Notes: generated by a model not told the origin, from the sequence alone. Shown: positions 1 through 13,000, counted from the first letter of the stretch. The stretch: DNA of 64,000 nucleotides from a bacterium (GCA_018663245.1 JABJEI010000014.1:3436-67435), one strand, 5' to 3'. Numbers and translations are program-made.

Positions 1-705
1 CGTATCGTAGAAATTAAAAATATCCTTTGCACCCTGCCATGCAAGTGCACCTGCAGAATCAAAAATCGCACGACTGATCGGATTGTTTTCGGCCGAACCC
101 TGAACCTCGGTAATGTCACCAGAGCGAGTAAAGACAAAATTAAGATCAGCATCTACAGTGCTATCCTCAGCATAATCGATATCAAGAAGAGCCTTCTGGC
201 CGACAATGCCAACGGCTACAGCAGCAAAATCTTCTTTTAAAATTGGAGTACGTATCAAACCTGATTCAAGCCATTTAGCCTGCGCTATCTTAAAAGCAAT
301 ACAGCTACCAGAAACAGCTGCCGTGCGTGTACCGCCGTCGGCCTGCAAAACATCACAATCCAGATAAATTGTACGCTCACCAAACCCGGTCAACATCACA
401 AGCGGACGAATACAACGACCAATGAGACGAGAAATCTCAACAGAACGACCCGAACGACGAACGCTACTTGATTCGCGAGAGGTTCTTGTCTGTGTCGAAC
501 CCGGTAACATCGCGTATTCAGCAGTAAGCCATCCACGTCCCTTACCGCGCAAAAAATGTGGGACACCATTCTGCATGGTTATCGAACACAAAATTTTTGT
601 GTCTCCCATCTCAAACAAAACTGAACCGTTCGAAAATTTTTGGACGCCGAATGTGGCATTTAAAGATCGTATCTGACTTGTTTCTCTTTGGTTTGCTCGT
701 ATCAC
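1..705 (-). CDS. rph: ribonuclease PH (C-terminus cut by window edge)
   Basis: Absent from ORF track because it runs off the window. The minus-strand frame ending at nt 1 is open for 235 codons from GTG at 705-703. It reads ..GDTKILCS..VPHFLRGKGRGWLTAEYAMLPGST..GRSVEISRLIGRCIRP..GERTIYLDCDVLQADGGTRTAAVSG.., the RNase PH signature. Start codon is uncertain. Confidence 0.85.
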   Translation of the reverse strand, partial: MIRANQRETSQIRSLNATFGVQKFSNGSVLFEMGDTKILCSITMQNGVPHFLRGKGRGWLTAEYAMLPGSTQTRTSRESSSVRRSGRSVEISRLIGRCIRPLVMLTGFGERTIYLDCDVLQADGGTRTAAVSGSCIAFKIAQAKWLESGLIRTPILKEDFAAVAVGIVGQKALLDIDYAEDSTVDADLNFVFTRSGDITEVQGSAENNPISRAIFDSAGALAWQGAKDIFNFYDT

Positions 706-756
706 GCCTGATCCTACTCATGAGTGTGTAATTTTTTTACATGATTTAACATTACT

Positions 757-797
757 ACAAAAAGCAAAACAGGCAACCACACAAGGTGATTGCCTGT
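757..797 (-). terminator. rho-independent terminator downstream of pnp
   Basis: Minus strand reads ACAGGCAATCAC-cttgt-GTGGTTGCCTGT followed by TTTTGCTTTTTG, 37 nt after the pnp stop. Confidence 0.6.
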
Positions 798-833
798 CTT
801 ACAACTATAGTCAGATAATAGGATTAATAACCC

Positions 834-2933
834 TTAGTTATCTTCATCTTCGTTAACAAACTTAAGTTTGATACGGCCGGTGCTTGGATCGTAACCCATA
901 ACAATAACGGTAACAACCTTGTCACCAGGATAATCCTGGGCCATGCTTGCTTGACGTTCTCGTTGGATCATAGAAATATGTACCAATCCATCAACACCAG
1001 GTGCGATTTCAACAAAGATACCAAATTCGGTTACTCGTTTAATCTTACCGTGGAAGACATCGCCGCGATTGATGTTGCCACCAATTACTTTGATCCAGCT
1101 AACTGCTTGATCTGTACCAGGACCTTTTTGTCCAAATACGCGAACTGTTCCATCATCGTCGATATCAATTGATGTACCGGTTTTTTCGATGATTTCTTTG
1201 ATGATTTTACCACCAGAACCAATAACTGCACCAATTTTTTCAACTGGTACTGAAAGTGTTATTGACTGAGGTACATCGCCAGATAATTCTTCGCGAGGTT
1301 CACTCAACGTTTTCTTCATTTCTTCCATGATTGTTAATCTTCCTTGACGGGCTTGTTCAAGCGCTTGTTCTAAAACTTCGCGACTTAAGCCACCCTTGTG
1401 TTTAATATCCATCTGTATAGCCGTAATACCTTCTGGGGTACCGGCAACCTTAAAGTCCATCAGACCTAAGGCGTCTTCCATTCCTGTAATATCGGTTAAG
1501 ATACGGAATGAGTTTTCTGCTCCCTGAACTAATCCCATAGCCACACCACTGACCATGTTCTTAATCGGCACACCAGCATCCATCAGCGCAAGCGTCGAAG
1601 CACACACAGTGGCCATCGACGAAGAACCGTCAGAAGCTAGAATGTCGGAAACAATTCGCAAAGTGTACGGGAAGTCTTGCTTGGACGGCAGCTGTGATTC
1701 TATAGCCGTCAATGCAAGATAACCATGACCTACTTCACGTCGACTAACACCGCGCAGAAAACGTACCTCTCCAACCGAAAACGGAGGAAAGTTATAATGG
1801 AGCATAAACGATTTCTCGTAATTGCCACTCATTAAATCTTCCATGCGTTGCTCGTCTTGACCGCTACCCAATGTTGCCGTTGCTAGGGCCTGCGTTCCAC
1901 CACGTTGGAAAAACGCCGAACCATGCGTACGAACTAACATCGGAGCTTGCGAAGTAATGGTACGGACCTGATCAAAATCACGACCATCAATACGCTTATT
2001 GCGTGCAAACATATTAGCCGTCAGCTTCTTTTTGAAAATTTCATCAAAAGCAGACTTAATAATTGTTGTAGATACCTCTAGGCCATCGACCATGCCATCG
2101 ATTAGCTGAACGAAACCTTTTTTCAAAGTTTTCTTAGCAACTCCACGTGCGGCCTTGTCTTCGACCTGAACTGTATCAAGTTGTTGCTCTGTTAAGAACG
2201 AATCCGCTTGAGCTGTTAAAGAATCCCATGAAGGATCAGCAACAACAGCTTCTTTTGGAACGCCTATTTCTTGTGCAATTTTTTCTTGCCAAACAACCTG
2301 CTCCTTAATCAGATCATGTGCTTTGAATAGTGCATCAATAAAATCTGATTCATTCATCTGATCGATAGCACCTTCGACCATGCAGATGCCGTCAGCTGTT
2401 CCCACAACAATGATTTTTCCGTCAGATTTCTCTGACTCATCGTATTTTGGGTTAAAAACAAATTCGCCATCAATTCGACCAATCTGTACTGCACCAACCG
2501 GTCCTAAGAACGGAACGCGCGAGATAGTCAAAGCAATAGATGCACCCAACATTGCAAGCAAGTTTGGCTCATTTTTCTGATCGACCGAATAAACGGTATT
2601 CATGACCTGAATTTGATCAAAGTAATGATGTGGAAATAGTGGACGAATCGACCTGTCGATAAGACGCGCTGTAAGCACTTCTTTGTCGCTTGGACGGCCT
2701 TCTCGTTTAAGATATCCACCAGGAATTTTACCTGCTGCTGCCAATTGCTCTCGGTAATCAACCATAAGAGGCAAGAAGCCAGGAAATTCCTTTGACTCTG
2801 AAGCACAAACTGTTGATAGTACTTGCGTACCACCCTGTGTTAGTAAAACAGAACCATCGGCCTGATCGGCCAAACGGCCAATGCTAATCTCAATATCCAG
2901 ATCAGGAAACGTATATTTTCTTTCAGTCGTCAT
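834..2933 (-). CDS. pnp: polyribonucleotide nucleotidyltransferase (PNPase)
   Basis: 699 aa with two RNase PH-like domains plus KH (GKIIKEIIEKTG) and S1 (GKIKRVTEFGIFVEI) domains. Located directly downstream of rpsO, as in most bacteria. Confidence 0.97.
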   Translation of the reverse strand: MTTERKYTFPDLDIEISIGRLADQADGSVLLTQGGTQVLSTVCASESKEFPGFLPLMVDYREQLAAAGKIPGGYLKREGRPSDKEVLTARLIDRSIRPLFPHHYFDQIQVMNTVYSVDQKNEPNLLAMLGASIALTISRVPFLGPVGAVQIGRIDGEFVFNPKYDESEKSDGKIIVVGTADGICMVEGAIDQMNESDFIDALFKAHDLIKEQVVWQEKIAQEIGVPKEAVVADPSWDSLTAQADSFLTEQQLDTVQVEDKAARGVAKKTLKKGFVQLIDGMVDGLEVSTTIIKSAFDEIFKKKLTANMFARNKRIDGRDFDQVRTITSQAPMLVRTHGSAFFQRGGTQALATATLGSGQDEQRMEDLMSGNYEKSFMLHYNFPPFSVGEVRFLRGVSRREVGHGYLALTAIESQLPSKQDFPYTLRIVSDILASDGSSSMATVCASTLALMDAGVPIKNMVSGVAMGLVQGAENSFRILTDITGMEDALGLMDFKVAGTPEGITAIQMDIKHKGGLSREVLEQALEQARQGRLTIMEEMKKTLSEPREELSGDVPQSITLSVPVEKIGAVIGSGGKIIKEIIEKTGTSIDIDDDGTVRVFGQKGPGTDQAVSWIKVIGGNINRGDVFHGKIKRVTEFGIFVEIAPGVDGLVHISMIQRERQASMAQDYPGDKVVTVIVMGYDPSTGRIKLKFVNEDEDN

Positions 2934-2959
2934 AGACTTTCTTTTCTTTCTACTTACGA

Positions 2960-3235
2960 TTACTTACGTAAGCCAAGACGCTTAATTAAAGTTTGATACT
3001 CAGCGCGTCCTTTACTGCGTATCAAATAATTCAACAGTCGGCGACGTTGGCCAACCAATTTTAGCAACCCACGTCGGGAGCTTTTGTCTTTAGGAAACTT
3101 CTTAAGATGCTCATTCAAGCTCAAAATACGGTTTGTTACCAGGGCAATTTGCACTTCGGTACCACCCGCATCACTAGGATGCAGACCGTATTCATTCTTT
3201 ATCGTTTCTTTATCTTGATCACCAATTTGTGACAT
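2960..3235 (-). CDS. rpsO: 30S ribosomal protein S15
   Basis: 91 aa with ..[48 protein letters not shown].., typical of S15. Confidence 0.97.
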   Translation of the reverse strand: MSQIGDQDKETIKNEYGLHPSDAGGTEVQIALVTNRILSLNEHLKKFPKDKSSRRGLLKLVGQRRRLLNYLIRSKGRAEYQTLIKRLGLRK

Positions 3236-3313
3236 AAAATACCTTCATCAATTCTTCAATAATATGCCCATAATCACATGCAACTCACGAGCACAACCAC
3301 CAACTATAAAGCC

Positions 3314-3388
3314 TGGTAGGCACGAGCGGAATTGAACCGCTGACCCCTGCTACGTCAAAGCAGTGCTCTACCCCTGAGCTACGCGCCT
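3314..3388 (-). tRNA. tRNA-Val(GAC)
   Basis: Minus strand AGGCGCGTAGCTCAGGGGTAGAGCACTGCTTTGACGTAGCAGGGGTCAGCGGTTCAATTCCGCTCGTGCCTACCA folds as a cloverleaf. Anticodon loop is TTGACGT and CCA is encoded. Confidence 0.9.
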
Positions 3389-3412
3389 AACTCATCAGAA
3401 TGACGTCACAGT

Positions 3413-6400
3413 TTAATCCTGCTCCGCCTGCTTCTGCTCCTGAGCCGCCTGTTCTTCAAGGCGTGCTTGTTGCTCAAGTTCACTGATACCGCTTCCCAGA
3501 TATTTTTTTCTGAAAGACTCAACACCTGTTCCTGCAGGTATCAGTTTACCAATAATAACATTCTCTTTCAATCCGTATAAATGATCCATCTGACCAGAAA
3601 TGGCAGCTTCGGTCAAAATGCGGGTAGTTTCTTGGAAAGATGCGGCCGAAATAAAGCTTTCTGTTCCCAATGATGACGGGGTAATACCCATCAATACAGG
3701 CCGTGCTTGCGCAGGCTTCTGACCATCGGCAACTAATGCTTCATTTACAACTTTAAAATGCATCCTATCAACACGATCACCCATGAGGAATTCACTTTGT
3801 CCAGGATCGACGATACGCACTTTGCGTAACATCTGACGGACAATTAGCTCAACATGACGATCATTAATGTTAACACCCTGAATACAGTAGATCTTTTGAA
3901 TCTGATTAACCAAGTAACGCTGAACCGCATCCATACCCTTTATACGAAGTATGTCATGCAGAACAGGCGAACCTGTTGTCAATTGATCACCAACAGAAAC
4001 AACCTCACCAGGAACAACATTTAGTTGTTTACCACGAGGAACCAAGTAATCAAAAGTCTCTAACTTATTCACGACCATAATCTTACGAAGACCACGATGC
4101 ATGCCACCAAACTCAACAACACCATCAGCATCAGCAATAATAGCCGGATCTTTTGGAGAGCGAGCTTCGAACAAGTCGGTAATACGTGGCAAACCACCAG
4201 TAATATCTTTGGTCTTTGACAAATCACGTGCCATCTTGACTAAAATATCACCAACGGCAATTTTCTGCCCGTCTTCAACAACAATGTGCGAACCTGTTGG
4301 TAAATAATAGTTAGCAATTTCGTTACCACCTTCGTCAACAATGCTGACTGCTGGTTGATACTTATCGCTCTTTTGATCCAAAATTATTTTGAATGATTGA
4401 TCTGAACCTTCATCATAACGCTCTTGAAGCGTTACGTTGTCGATCATATCAATATACTTAACAGTACCAGCTCTGTCGGTCATGATAACACGGTTGTGCT
4501 CATCCCAAGTAACCAGCTTGTCGCCTACGCTTACAGATTGTCCATCTTGGAAGAAGATTTCTGCGCCGTATTCAACTTCGTAACGCTGAAGCTCTCGTCC
4601 ATCATCTGAGACGATGTACAGCTTAGCCTTACGACTGAAAACAATATTCTGATCTTTACTGTTCTTAAGAGCGCGAATACCACGCCACTGAACAGTACCC
4701 TTATGTTTGGCTGTAAAACCTGAGTGCGTAGCAACACTAGCCGTACCACCAACGTGGAACGTTCTCATAGTGAGCTGCGTACCAGGTTCACCAATTGATT
4801 GTGCTGCTATAATTCCAACAGTTGCACCGATATCAACAGGATCACCCTTTGAAAGATCAATACCGTAACAGCAAACACAAACACCACGCTTAGTCTGACA
4901 CGTTAGTACAGACCGAACCGCAATTTTGTTAACTGCTGAAGCATCAATTTTTGCAACGAGATCCTTGAGTACGTAATCACCTTGCTTACCGATGATATCA
5001 CCGGTAACAGGATCTTTTAAATCTGTTGCCAGACTTCGTCCGTACACCCTCAGCGATAGTGGTGTAATAATATCACCACTCTCTTCCAAGGCCTCAATAA
5101 CAACTGAACCAAGTGTTTTACAATCATTGGCCGTTATAACCACGTCCTGAGCCACATCAACTAAACGTCTGGTCAAATAACCAGAGTTTGCGGTTTTAAG
5201 CGCTGTATCAGCTTGTCCCTTACGGGCACCGTGAGTTGAGATAAAGTATTCGAATACGGTAAGACCACCACGGAAGTTAGACTTAACCGGAATCTCCATA
5301 ATTTCACCCGATGGCTTAGCCATCAGACCACGCATACCAACCAACTGCTTAACCTGGTCAGTAGAGCCTTTAGCTCCTGACTCAAGCATCATGAAGATCG
5401 GATTGTATGGTTTGAAATCTTTATCCTTATTAACAAACGATTGCTCATTCTGAGACTCAAGATCACTCATCATGTGGGTAGCAACATCAGATGTTGCCTG
5501 ACCCCAGATACTGATAATCTTGTTATAACGTTCACCGTTAGTAATTATACCATCCATATACAGGTCTTCAATTTTTGAAACAGCTTTTTCGGCTTTTTCA
5601 AGAATCGATTTTTTATTCGTAGGCTCAAGTAAATCTTGAATACCAATCGAAATACCTGCACTGGTTGCAGTTTTAAAACCTAATTCTTTGATACGATCAA
5701 GACAGGCCACAGTTTCTGGACGGCTAAATCTGTAGTAGATTTTTTCAATCATACGTGCCAGATCAACCTTTTTAACAACCTTGTTAACCCACTTAAATTT
5801 GGAGCCAACCGGAAGCGCCTCGTACAACAGAACTCGTCCAACAGTAGTCGAAACGATATCATCGTTGATACGAACCTTAATCTGTGCGTGCAAGTCAACC
5901 GCATTTTGTTGATAAGCTGTCACAACTTCTTTGGTGCTGGCAAAAACTGTGCCTTGACCTTTTGAGTTTTGACGAGCCTTCGTGATGTAATGCAAACCCA
6001 AGACCATGTCTTGTGATGGAACAGTTAGAGGACGGCCGTTAGCAGGCGAAAGAATATTCTGCGTAGAGAGCATAAGCTCTTTTGCTTCTATAACCGCTTT
6101 ACTGCTCAACGGAACGTGAACAGCCATCATGTCACCATCGAAATCAGCGTTAAACGCGTTACAGACTAATGGGTGCAATTTAATTGCCTTACCATCAACC
6201 AAAATCGGGTAGAACGCTTGAATACCAAGCCTATGCAATGTTGGAGCACGGTTCAAAAGTACCGGATGCCCATCAACCACATCAGCCAATACATCCCAAA
6301 TTTCAGGTAAACGATCATCAACCATGTGTTTTGCAACACGTAAATTAGCGGCTAATTCTCTGTGAAGTAGTTCTGCATAAACATGCGACTTAAATAATTC

Positions 6401-7534
6401 CAAAGCCATTTCTTTTGGCAGCCCACACTGATCAAGTTTCAGTTCTGGATCAACCACAATAACGGAACGACCGGAGTAATCAACACGCTTACCAAGCAAG
6501 TTTTGTCGGAATCGTCCTTGCTTACCACGTAACATCTCACTCAATGATTTGAGAGGACGCTTGTTGGTACCACGAACAGGCTGGCCACGACGACCATTGT
6601 CAATCAAGGCATCAACCGATTCTTGTAACATTCGTTTTTCGTTCTTGATGATGACCTCAGGGGCCTCTATATCCATCAATCGCTGTAAACGAATGTTTCT
6701 GTTAAGTACGCGTCGATAAAGTTCGTTTAAATCGGAACTTGCAAAACGTCCACCCTCAAGTGGAACAAGCGGTCGCAAGTCCGGTGGAAGTACTGGCAAA
6801 ATGTCGAGTACCATCCACTCAGGCCGTATTTTTGCTTGCGCAAGGCCCGAAATAACTTTAATTCTACGCATAAGCTTATGCTTGGACGCAATCGCATTTG
6901 TCTTTTTGTAAGCTTGATCTAATAGCTCAAGCTCTGCACTAAATTCAATCAATTGCAACATTTTACGAATAGCCAATGCACCTGTATAAGCAGCAAAGTC
7001 GTAATCCTCAGTATGCTCTTCAACATACTGATCATGCTCACTATTGCTCAGCAACATTTTGCGCGTGTACGGTGATTTGCCAGGATGAATCACCATGTGC
7101 GCATCATAGTAAATGACGCGCTCAAGGCTCTTAACCGGCATATCCAAAATCAAGCCTAAATAGCTTGGAATACCCTTAAGGAACCAGATGTGACAAACCG
7201 GAGCGTTAAGCTCGATGTGTCCCATTCTCTCACGACGAACGCGAGACTGTATAACCTCAACACCGCACTTTTCACACGTAACACCACGATGCTTCATGCG
7301 TTTGTACTTACCACAGTTACATTCCCAGTCCTTAACAGGACCAAAAATGCGAGCACAAAATAGACCATCCCGCTCAGGTTTGAGCGTACGATAGTTAATT
7401 GTTTCTATTTTTTTAACTTCACCATACGACAAAGAACGTATTTTTTCTGGAGAAGAAATACCAATCTTGATCGCATTAAACTGGTTCGTATTAATATATT
7501 CCCGGAAACGGGATAGCATACTATTAATCACCAA
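3413..7534 (-). CDS. rpoC: DNA-directed RNA polymerase subunit beta'
   Basis: 1373 aa with the Zn-binding [23 protein letters not shown] and the catalytic [12 protein letters not shown] motif. The track start at 7534 is TTG. GTG at 7531 (6 nt after AAGGAGG) or ATG at 7519 are equally plausible starts. Confidence 0.96.
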   Translation of the reverse strand: MVINSMLSRFREYINTNQFNAIKIGISSPEKIRSLSYGEVKKIETINYRTLKPERDGLFCARIFGPVKDWECNCGKYKRMKHRGVTCEKCGVEVIQSRVRRERMGHIELNAPVCHIWFLKGIPSYLGLILDMPVKSLERVIYYDAHMVIHPGKSPYTRKMLLSNSEHDQYVEEHTEDYDFAAYTGALAIRKMLQLIEFSAELELLDQAYKKTNAIASKHKLMRRIKVISGLAQAKIRPEWMVLDILPVLPPDLRPLVPLEGGRFASSDLNELYRRVLNRNIRLQRLMDIEAPEVIIKNEKRMLQESVDALIDNGRRGQPVRGTNKRPLKSLSEMLRGKQGRFRQNLLGKRVDYSGRSVIVVDPELKLDQCGLPKEMALELFKSHVYAELLHRELAANLRVAKHMVDDRLPEIWDVLADVVDGHPVLLNRAPTLHRLGIQAFYPILVDGKAIKLHPLVCNAFNADFDGDMMAVHVPLSSKAVIEAKELMLSTQNILSPANGRPLTVPSQDMVLGLHYITKARQNSKGQGTVFASTKEVVTAYQQNAVDLHAQIKVRINDDIVSTTVGRVLLYEALPVGSKFKWVNKVVKKVDLARMIEKIYYRFSRPETVACLDRIKELGFKTATSAGISIGIQDLLEPTNKKSILEKAEKAVSKIEDLYMDGIITNGERYNKIISIWGQATSDVATHMMSDLESQNEQSFVNKDKDFKPYNPIFMMLESGAKGSTDQVKQLVGMRGLMAKPSGEIMEIPVKSNFRGGLTVFEYFISTHGARKGQADTALKTANSGYLTRRLVDVAQDVVITANDCKTLGSVVIEALEESGDIITPLSLRVYGRSLATDLKDPVTGDIIGKQGDYVLKDLVAKIDASAVNKIAVRSVLTCQTKRGVCVCCYGIDLSKGDPVDIGATVGIIAAQSIGEPGTQLTMRTFHVGGTASVATHSGFTAKHKGTVQWRGIRALKNSKDQNIVFSRKAKLYIVSDDGRELQRYEVEYGAEIFFQDGQSVSVGDKLVTWDEHNRVIMTDRAGTVKYIDMIDNVTLQERYDEGSDQSFKIILDQKSDKYQPAVSIVDEGGNEIANYYLPTGSHIVVEDGQKIAVGDILVKMARDLSKTKDITGGLPRITDLFEARSPKDPAIIADADGVVEFGGMHRGLRKIMVVNKLETFDYLVPRGKQLNVVPGEVVSVGDQLTTGSPVLHDILRIKGMDAVQRYLVNQIQKIYCIQGVNINDRHVELIVRQMLRKVRIVDPGQSEFLMGDRVDRMHFKVVNEALVADGQKPAQARPVLMGITPSSLGTESFISAASFQETTRILTEAAISGQMDHLYGLKENVIIGKLIPAGTGVESFRKKYLGSGISELEQQARLEEQAAQEQKQAEQD

Positions 7535-10500
7535 CTTCCTCCTTGCCGCTCTTTAAAAGATCAAGCCGCAAGCCAAGACTTTGCAGTTCTTTAACCAATA
7601 CATTAAATGACTCTGGTAATCCTGGATCAGGAACATCCTCACCACGAACGATAGCTTCGTAAACCTTGTGTCGACCACTCACGTCATCAGACTTGTAGGT
7701 CAACATCTCTTGCAACGAATAAGCTGCGCCATACGCTTCAAGAGCCCAGACTTCCATCTCACCCAAACGCTGTCCACCAAGTTGGGCTTTACCACCCAAT
7801 GGTTGCTGCGTAACAAGCGAGTAAGGACCGACTGAACGAGCATGCAATTTGTCATCAACCATGTGATTAAGCTTCATCATATAGATGTAGCCAACCGTAA
7901 CAGGCTGATCCAAACGCTTACCGGTTCTGCCGCTGTACAAGGTGTAACAACCGCTCTGAGAGCCGTCGCTTGTTTCAAGGATAGGCTGAATATCTTCTTT
8001 GAAGTCAGCACCATCAAAAACAGGAGTCTTGTAATGAATACCACGCTTAGCTGTTTCTCGAGCTAGTTCCCAAAGACCATCTTTTCCATAGTCTTTTTCG
8101 TACGTGGTGACAAATTCTTTTGAATAGCTTTGACTCAAGAACTTCTTGACTTCGCTATGGCCCTTGGTATCAATCAACTTCTGTAGCTTATCGCCCAGTT
8201 GTTTTCCTGCAAAACCAAGAATCGTTTCAAGAATTTGTCCAACGTTCATACGAGACGGAACACCAACAGGATTCAACACGATATCAATACCGGTTCCATC
8301 CTGTAGATATGGCATATCCTCACGCGGAACGATGTTTGAAACAACACCCTTGTTACCGTGTCTACCAGCAATTTTATCACCGACGCGAATCGGACGCTTC
8401 ATAGCAATATAGACTTTAACCATCTTGATAACACCTGAAGGAAGCGGATCACCCTTCTTAAGTCGGGCAATTTTACCTTCTTTTAGGTGCTCAAGAATAC
8501 GTAATTGATTCGTATACATCGTTCTGATGTTAACCAACTCGTCGTTCAACTCTTTAGCCAAAGCTTCAAGTGTAAGCAACGCCTCAAATGCACAAGTCTC
8601 AAGACCGTCCTGACTAAACTTCTTTGATTTGGCCAACGGAGCTTTTACGCCCGGTCCAACAGCCTTACCAGAAATAGTATTAATCAAGTGACGGCGAATA
8701 CCATTTTGCAAAGCTCGCACATGATTTTGATACTCTTTATCAAGCTTAGCAGTCTCCTGAGCCACGATATCTTTATATCGTTTATCTTTACGGATACCAC
8801 TTCGCGAAAAGAGCTTAACATCAACAACAGTTCCCCGGACACCGGACGGAACACGCATTGATGTATCACGAACTTCACGTGATTTTTCACCAAAAATAGC
8901 TCTGAGCAACTTCTCTTCAGGAGAAAATTGCACATCACCCTTAAGTGTAACTTTACCAACCAGAATGTTACCTGGCATAACACGCGTACCAATACGAATG
9001 ATTCCATCCTCGTCCAAACCAGCAAGAGCTGATTCACTGACGTTAGGCATATCACGTGTAATTTCTTCAGGTCCCAGCTTAGTATCACGGGCCTCAACAA
9101 CGTATTCATCAATGTGAACCGAAGTCAAAACATCCTCAGAAACAAGCCTTTGAGAGAGCACGATAGCATCTTCAAAGTTGTACCCATGCCAAGGCATAAA
9201 TGCGACTAACAGATTAGAACCCAGTGCAAGTTCACCATCACGGATAGCAGAACCATTACTCAGGACATCACCAACCTGTACACGATCACCGGCCTTAACA
9301 ATAGGCGACTGATGAATCCATGTGTCATAACTTGAACGTTCAAATGTACGCAAATGGTACACATCAACAGCACCCGAAACCCACTCATCAACATTTTTGA
9401 ACTGATCGCGATCTACGGCAATAACAATTCTGTCAGAAGAGACGTAATCAATTACACCCGGACGACGCGCAACAATAGCTGCACCCGATCCAACTGCAAT
9501 CTCACGCTCCATGCCAGTACCAACGATTGGAGGCTGTGTATTAATAATAGGAACAGCTTGACGTTGCATGTTAGAACCCATCAACGCACGACTAGCATCA
9601 TCATGCTCAAGGAACGGAATTAACGCTGTTGAAACAGAAACAAGCTGCTTAGGCGAAACATCTATAAGATCAACACGGTTAGTATCAGATTTTACAAAGT
9701 TAGCGTCATGGCGAACAAAAACGCTGCCCTTTTTAAGCTGATTCTTACCAGGCTCAATAGCATCATCCTGTGCAATATAACGCTTAGCTTCTTCAAATGC
9801 GTCCAAGAAGACAACATCATCCAAAACTTTACCGTTTTTAACTGGATGATAAGCAGTTTCGATGAACCCCAAATCATTAACCAAGGCATAAGTTGCCAAA
9901 GAAGAAATCAGACCAACAGTCTGGCCCTCAGGAGTCTCAATAGGACAAATACGACCGTAGTGAGAAGTATGCACATCACGAATTTCGTAAGTTGCACGAT
10001 CCTTCATCACACCGCCAGGCCCTAGAGCCGACAAACGTCTCTTATGAGCAATCTCTGCCAATGGGTTGGTTTGATCCATAAATTGCGAAAGCTGACCTGT
10101 GCCAAAAAATTCACGAATCACAGCCGAAAGTGGCTTAACATTCAAGAAGTCTTGGGGCATCAAAGCTCCATGTTGCTCTTGAATCCTAAAGCGCTCACGA
10201 ACAATTCGCTCAATACGCACAAGACCAGTGTAAATCTGATTATTCAGCAACTCGCCAACAAGACGAACACGCCTGTTACCCAAGTGATCAATATCATCTA
10301 GCTCACCCTCACCACGCTCACGCATGTTGACTAGGTATCGCATCGACGCAATGATGTCTTCTTGTGTTAGAACTGTAACAGATTGGTCAATGTTTAGACC
10401 AAGCTTACGGTTCATACGAGTACGACCAACACGTGTCAAATCATACATACGAGGATCATACAACGATGCTCTCAACTTATCTTTAAGATCTTTGAGAGAC

Positions 10501-11849
10501 GAAGTATCACCAGGCCAAATTTTTGCATGAATATCACGCAAAGCTTCATCCTGATTCATCGCTTTATCTTGACTCAGAGTCAAGGCTAAAGTTGGCTGTA
10601 AAACGTACCCAGACGATTTAACAAGACCAAATGATAGGCCAGGCATTGCTGAAATTAATTCTAAGTTTTCTTGATTAAGTTGCGAACCTTGCAATACAAC
10701 AATTTCACCCGTTTCTGGGTTAACAATATCGCGAGCACAGACTCGTCCAACAATCATTTCAACGCCGACAACAACTTTTTTGATCTCTAGCTTCTTTAGC
10801 CTTTTGATAACGTCATTTGTAATACGCTTACCAGCCAAGGCAGCAGCCTTCTTTGGAAGAATATCTTTATCAAGACGCCATCCAAGCAGCGACGCACCAA
10901 CCTCAATGTCCAACTTACCCTTCTTGTTAACCAAGAAAGTATCTAGATCATAGAATGATGGAATAATTTGGTCGCGTGCAATGCCAAGAGCTTGCAAGAA
11001 AGTTGTCGCAAGAATTTTTTTCTTTTTATCAATACGAACATACAGAATGTCACTTGAGTCATACTCAAAATCAATCCACGAACCACGCATTGGAATAATG
11101 CGAGCAAGGTAGTATGGTCGACCACGAAGATCTTTTACTTTTTTGCTATGTGAATACACAACACCTGGAGACCTATGCAATTGACTAACAATAACACGAT
11201 CAACACCATTTATAAGGAAAGTTCCTAAACTGCCTAATCTAAAGCGACCCTTATCATCATATAAATTTGCCATCACAGGAATATCTACAAAGAAAATATC
11301 CTGCTCTTTGATGTCACGAACAACTCGTTCACCTGGGTTACTATTATCCCAAGAAACAAGCTGAATCTTAACACGCAGAGGCATAGAAAAGGTCTGACCA
11401 CCAGCCCGACACTCTTCAAGAGATAAAGCTAAATTAACAGTCACTCGAGAAAAACAGTCGGAACAAACACGATAACGTGCAGCTTCGGCCTTACACTCAG
11501 GGCACTCAAAATTTTGATTCAGACGAGAACAACCTGATGCATCACACGAACCACAGGACCAAGTGTATCGAGCATGAACACCGGTAAGTTTACCACATGT
11601 ACATGTCCAATTACCAAGTTCATAACTAACAAATTCAAGCGACATTTTGTCGCCATAATCAATGGGGAAAATATCGCGAAAAGCCTTTTGAAGGCCAATC
11701 ATCGACCGTTCTTCAGGCAAATAATCCAGTTGTACAAAATCGTTAAACGACTTAGATTGTACCTCTATAAGATTGGGAACTGGAACAATATCTTTGATTT
11801 TTCCAAATGATCTGCGGGGAATACCCTTGCCCATACGCAGGCTCGACAT
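7524..11849 (-). CDS. rpoB: DNA-directed RNA polymerase subunit beta, with a Cys-rich N-terminal insertion
   Basis: 1441 aa with conserved beta motifs ([28 protein letters not shown]). Canonical rplL-rpoB-rpoC order. The insertion is described in findings. Confidence 0.97.
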   Translation of the reverse strand: MSSLRMGKGIPRRSFGKIKDIVPVPNLIEVQSKSFNDFVQLDYLPEERSMIGLQKAFRDIFPIDYGDKMSLEFVSYELGNWTCTCGKLTGVHARYTWSCGSCDASGCSRLNQNFECPECKAEAARYRVCSDCFSRVTVNLALSLEECRAGGQTFSMPLRVKIQLVSWDNSNPGERVVRDIKEQDIFFVDIPVMANLYDDKGRFRLGSLGTFLINGVDRVIVSQLHRSPGVVYSHSKKVKDLRGRPYYLARIIPMRGSWIDFEYDSSDILYVRIDKKKKILATTFLQALGIARDQIIPSFYDLDTFLVNKKGKLDIEVGASLLGWRLDKDILPKKAAALAGKRITNDVIKRLKKLEIKKVVVGVEMIVGRVCARDIVNPETGEIVVLQGSQLNQENLELISAMPGLSFGLVKSSGYVLQPTLALTLSQDKAMNQDEALRDIHAKIWPGDTSSLKDLKDKLRASLYDPRMYDLTRVGRTRMNRKLGLNIDQSVTVLTQEDIIASMRYLVNMRERGEGELDDIDHLGNRRVRLVGELLNNQIYTGLVRIERIVRERFRIQEQHGALMPQDFLNVKPLSAVIREFFGTGQLSQFMDQTNPLAEIAHKRRLSALGPGGVMKDRATYEIRDVHTSHYGRICPIETPEGQTVGLISSLATYALVNDLGFIETAYHPVKNGKVLDDVVFLDAFEEAKRYIAQDDAIEPGKNQLKKGSVFVRHDANFVKSDTNRVDLIDVSPKQLVSVSTALIPFLEHDDASRALMGSNMQRQAVPIINTQPPIVGTGMEREIAVGSGAAIVARRPGVIDYVSSDRIVIAVDRDQFKNVDEWVSGAVDVYHLRTFERSSYDTWIHQSPIVKAGDRVQVGDVLSNGSAIRDGELALGSNLLVAFMPWHGYNFEDAIVLSQRLVSEDVLTSVHIDEYVVEARDTKLGPEEITRDMPNVSESALAGLDEDGIIRIGTRVMPGNILVGKVTLKGDVQFSPEEKLLRAIFGEKSREVRDTSMRVPSGVRGTVVDVKLFSRSGIRKDKRYKDIVAQETAKLDKEYQNHVRALQNGIRRHLINTISGKAVGPGVKAPLAKSKKFSQDGLETCAFEALLTLEALAKELNDELVNIRTMYTNQLRILEHLKEGKIARLKKGDPLPSGVIKMVKVYIAMKRPIRVGDKIAGRHGNKGVVSNIVPREDMPYLQDGTGIDIVLNPVGVPSRMNVGQILETILGFAGKQLGDKLQKLIDTKGHSEVKKFLSQSYSKEFVTTYEKDYGKDGLWELARETAKRGIHYKTPVFDGADFKEDIQPILETSDGSQSGCYTLYSGRTGKRLDQPVTVGYIYMMKLNHMVDDKLHARSVGPYSLVTQQPLGGKAQLGGQRLGEMEVWALEAYGAAYSLQEMLTYKSDDVSGRHKVYEAIVRGEDVPDPGLPESFNVLVKELQSLGLRLDLLKSGKEEVGD

Positions 11850-11907
11850 ACAGACAGCTCCTCGTAATACCTTTTTCTACCAAATACCACCGTGCACTAT
11901 TGCACCC

Positions 11908-11975
11908 AAAAAAAGTCAATCAGGTGGGACGCGTAATCTCATGACACATACGGCCTTGATCTGCGCGTCCACACC
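11908..11975 (-). promoter_or_regulatory. possible rplL-rpoB intergenic attenuator hairpin
   Basis: Minus strand GGTGTGGACGCG..(about 30 nt)..CGCGTCCCACC is followed 8 nt later by TTTTTTT. The position matches the partial terminator known between rplL and rpoB in E. coli. The long loop and distant T-run make this weak. Confidence 0.3.
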
Positions 11976-12001
11976 TTTTTAACTTAAGTTCTCAAAAAAC
12001 G

Positions 12002-12382
12002 TTAAGCAACCAAAACTTTGGCGCCAGCGTCTTCAAGTGCTTTTTTCATTTTATCAGCATCTTCTTTTGAAGCTGATTCAGCAATAACAACTGGTGCACT
12101 TTCTACCAGCTTTTTAGCATCAATCAAAGAAAGCTCTTTGTTGATGACACGAACTGCCTTAATGACCTTAATTTTAGCAGCACCTGTTTCTTGCAGGGTC
12201 ACCTTAAATTCAGTCTTTTCTTCAGCTTGTACAGCATCGCCACCGGCGACAGCTGCTGCTGCAACGGGCATAGCCGCTGAAACACCAAACTTATCTTCTA
12301 GAGCTTTTACCAAATCAGCAAGCTCTAAAACAGACATTGAACCAATTTCACTAATCATATTATCAAATGACTTTGCAGACAT
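12002..12382 (-). CDS. rplL: 50S ribosomal protein L7/L12
   Basis: 126 aa with an Ala-rich hinge and C-terminal [37 protein letters not shown]. Confidence 0.97.
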   Translation of the reverse strand: MSAKSFDNMISEIGSMSVLELADLVKALEDKFGVSAAMPVAAAAVAGGDAVQAEEKTEFKVTLQETGAAKIKVIKAVRVINKELSLIDAKKLVESAPVVIAESASKEDADKMKKALEDAGAKVLVA

Positions 12383-12448
12383 TATCTTCTCCGCCCACTA
12401 ATCACAAAAAATATTGTGATGAACTAATCAAACAAAAACAATTTCAAT

Positions 12449-12976
12449 TTACGAGGAAGCTATTTTGCTTTCCTCAATACGCTTGAGCACCCACAAAAGG
12501 CGGACAACGAGTTGATGCAGAACCCGCACAAACCCAGAAATCGGCGCATTCATTGTGCCACAAACCTGTGCCAACAAAATTTCTCTGGATGGCAATGAAG
12601 CAATACGCTCAATGTCAAACTTGCTTATAAGCTTAGAATCAAAACAACCGGCAAGGAGTGAAAAACTCTCATGCTCTTTACCGAATTTTTTCAATGTCTG
12701 AGCAATGGAAACACCATCATCTTGCGCAAAAATAAGCGCAACCTGATCGCTCAAAAACTCATCTAAACTACACGCACCATCAACATTTTCGATGGCAAGT
12801 TTAATAAGACGAATCTTTGCAACCTGCATACGACCACCTTGCATTTGCAAAGCTTTACGTAATTCAACAGTTTCACCAGCGCCTAATCCACGATAACCAA
12901 CCAGAAAAGAGGCTGCGCTATTTTTAAAACCTTGCTTAAGCGACTCTATAACTGCAACTTTTTGCTGTTGATTCAT
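12449..12976 (-). CDS. rplJ: 50S ribosomal protein L10
   Basis: 175 aa located between rplA and rplL, with the L10-like N-terminus KVAVIESLKQGFKNSAASFLVGYRGL. Confidence 0.93.
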   Translation of the reverse strand: MNQQQKVAVIESLKQGFKNSAASFLVGYRGLGAGETVELRKALQMQGGRMQVAKIRLIKLAIENVDGACSLDEFLSDQVALIFAQDDGVSIAQTLKKFGKEHESFSLLAGCFDSKLISKFDIERIASLPSREILLAQVCGTMNAPISGFVRVLHQLVVRLLWVLKRIEESKIASS

Positions 12977-13000
12977 TTCTTAAAACCTTCCTGGCAACAG

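Noticed and set aside
422-676. 84-aa plus-strand ORF from the track.
   Set aside because: It lies antisense inside the clearly recognisable RNase PH reading frame (minus strand, 1..705) and has no protein-like features of its own.
12018-12401. 127-aa Ala/Ser-rich plus-strand ORF.
   Set aside because: It is exactly antisense to rplL. The composition mirrors the Ala/Glu/Lys codons of L7/L12.
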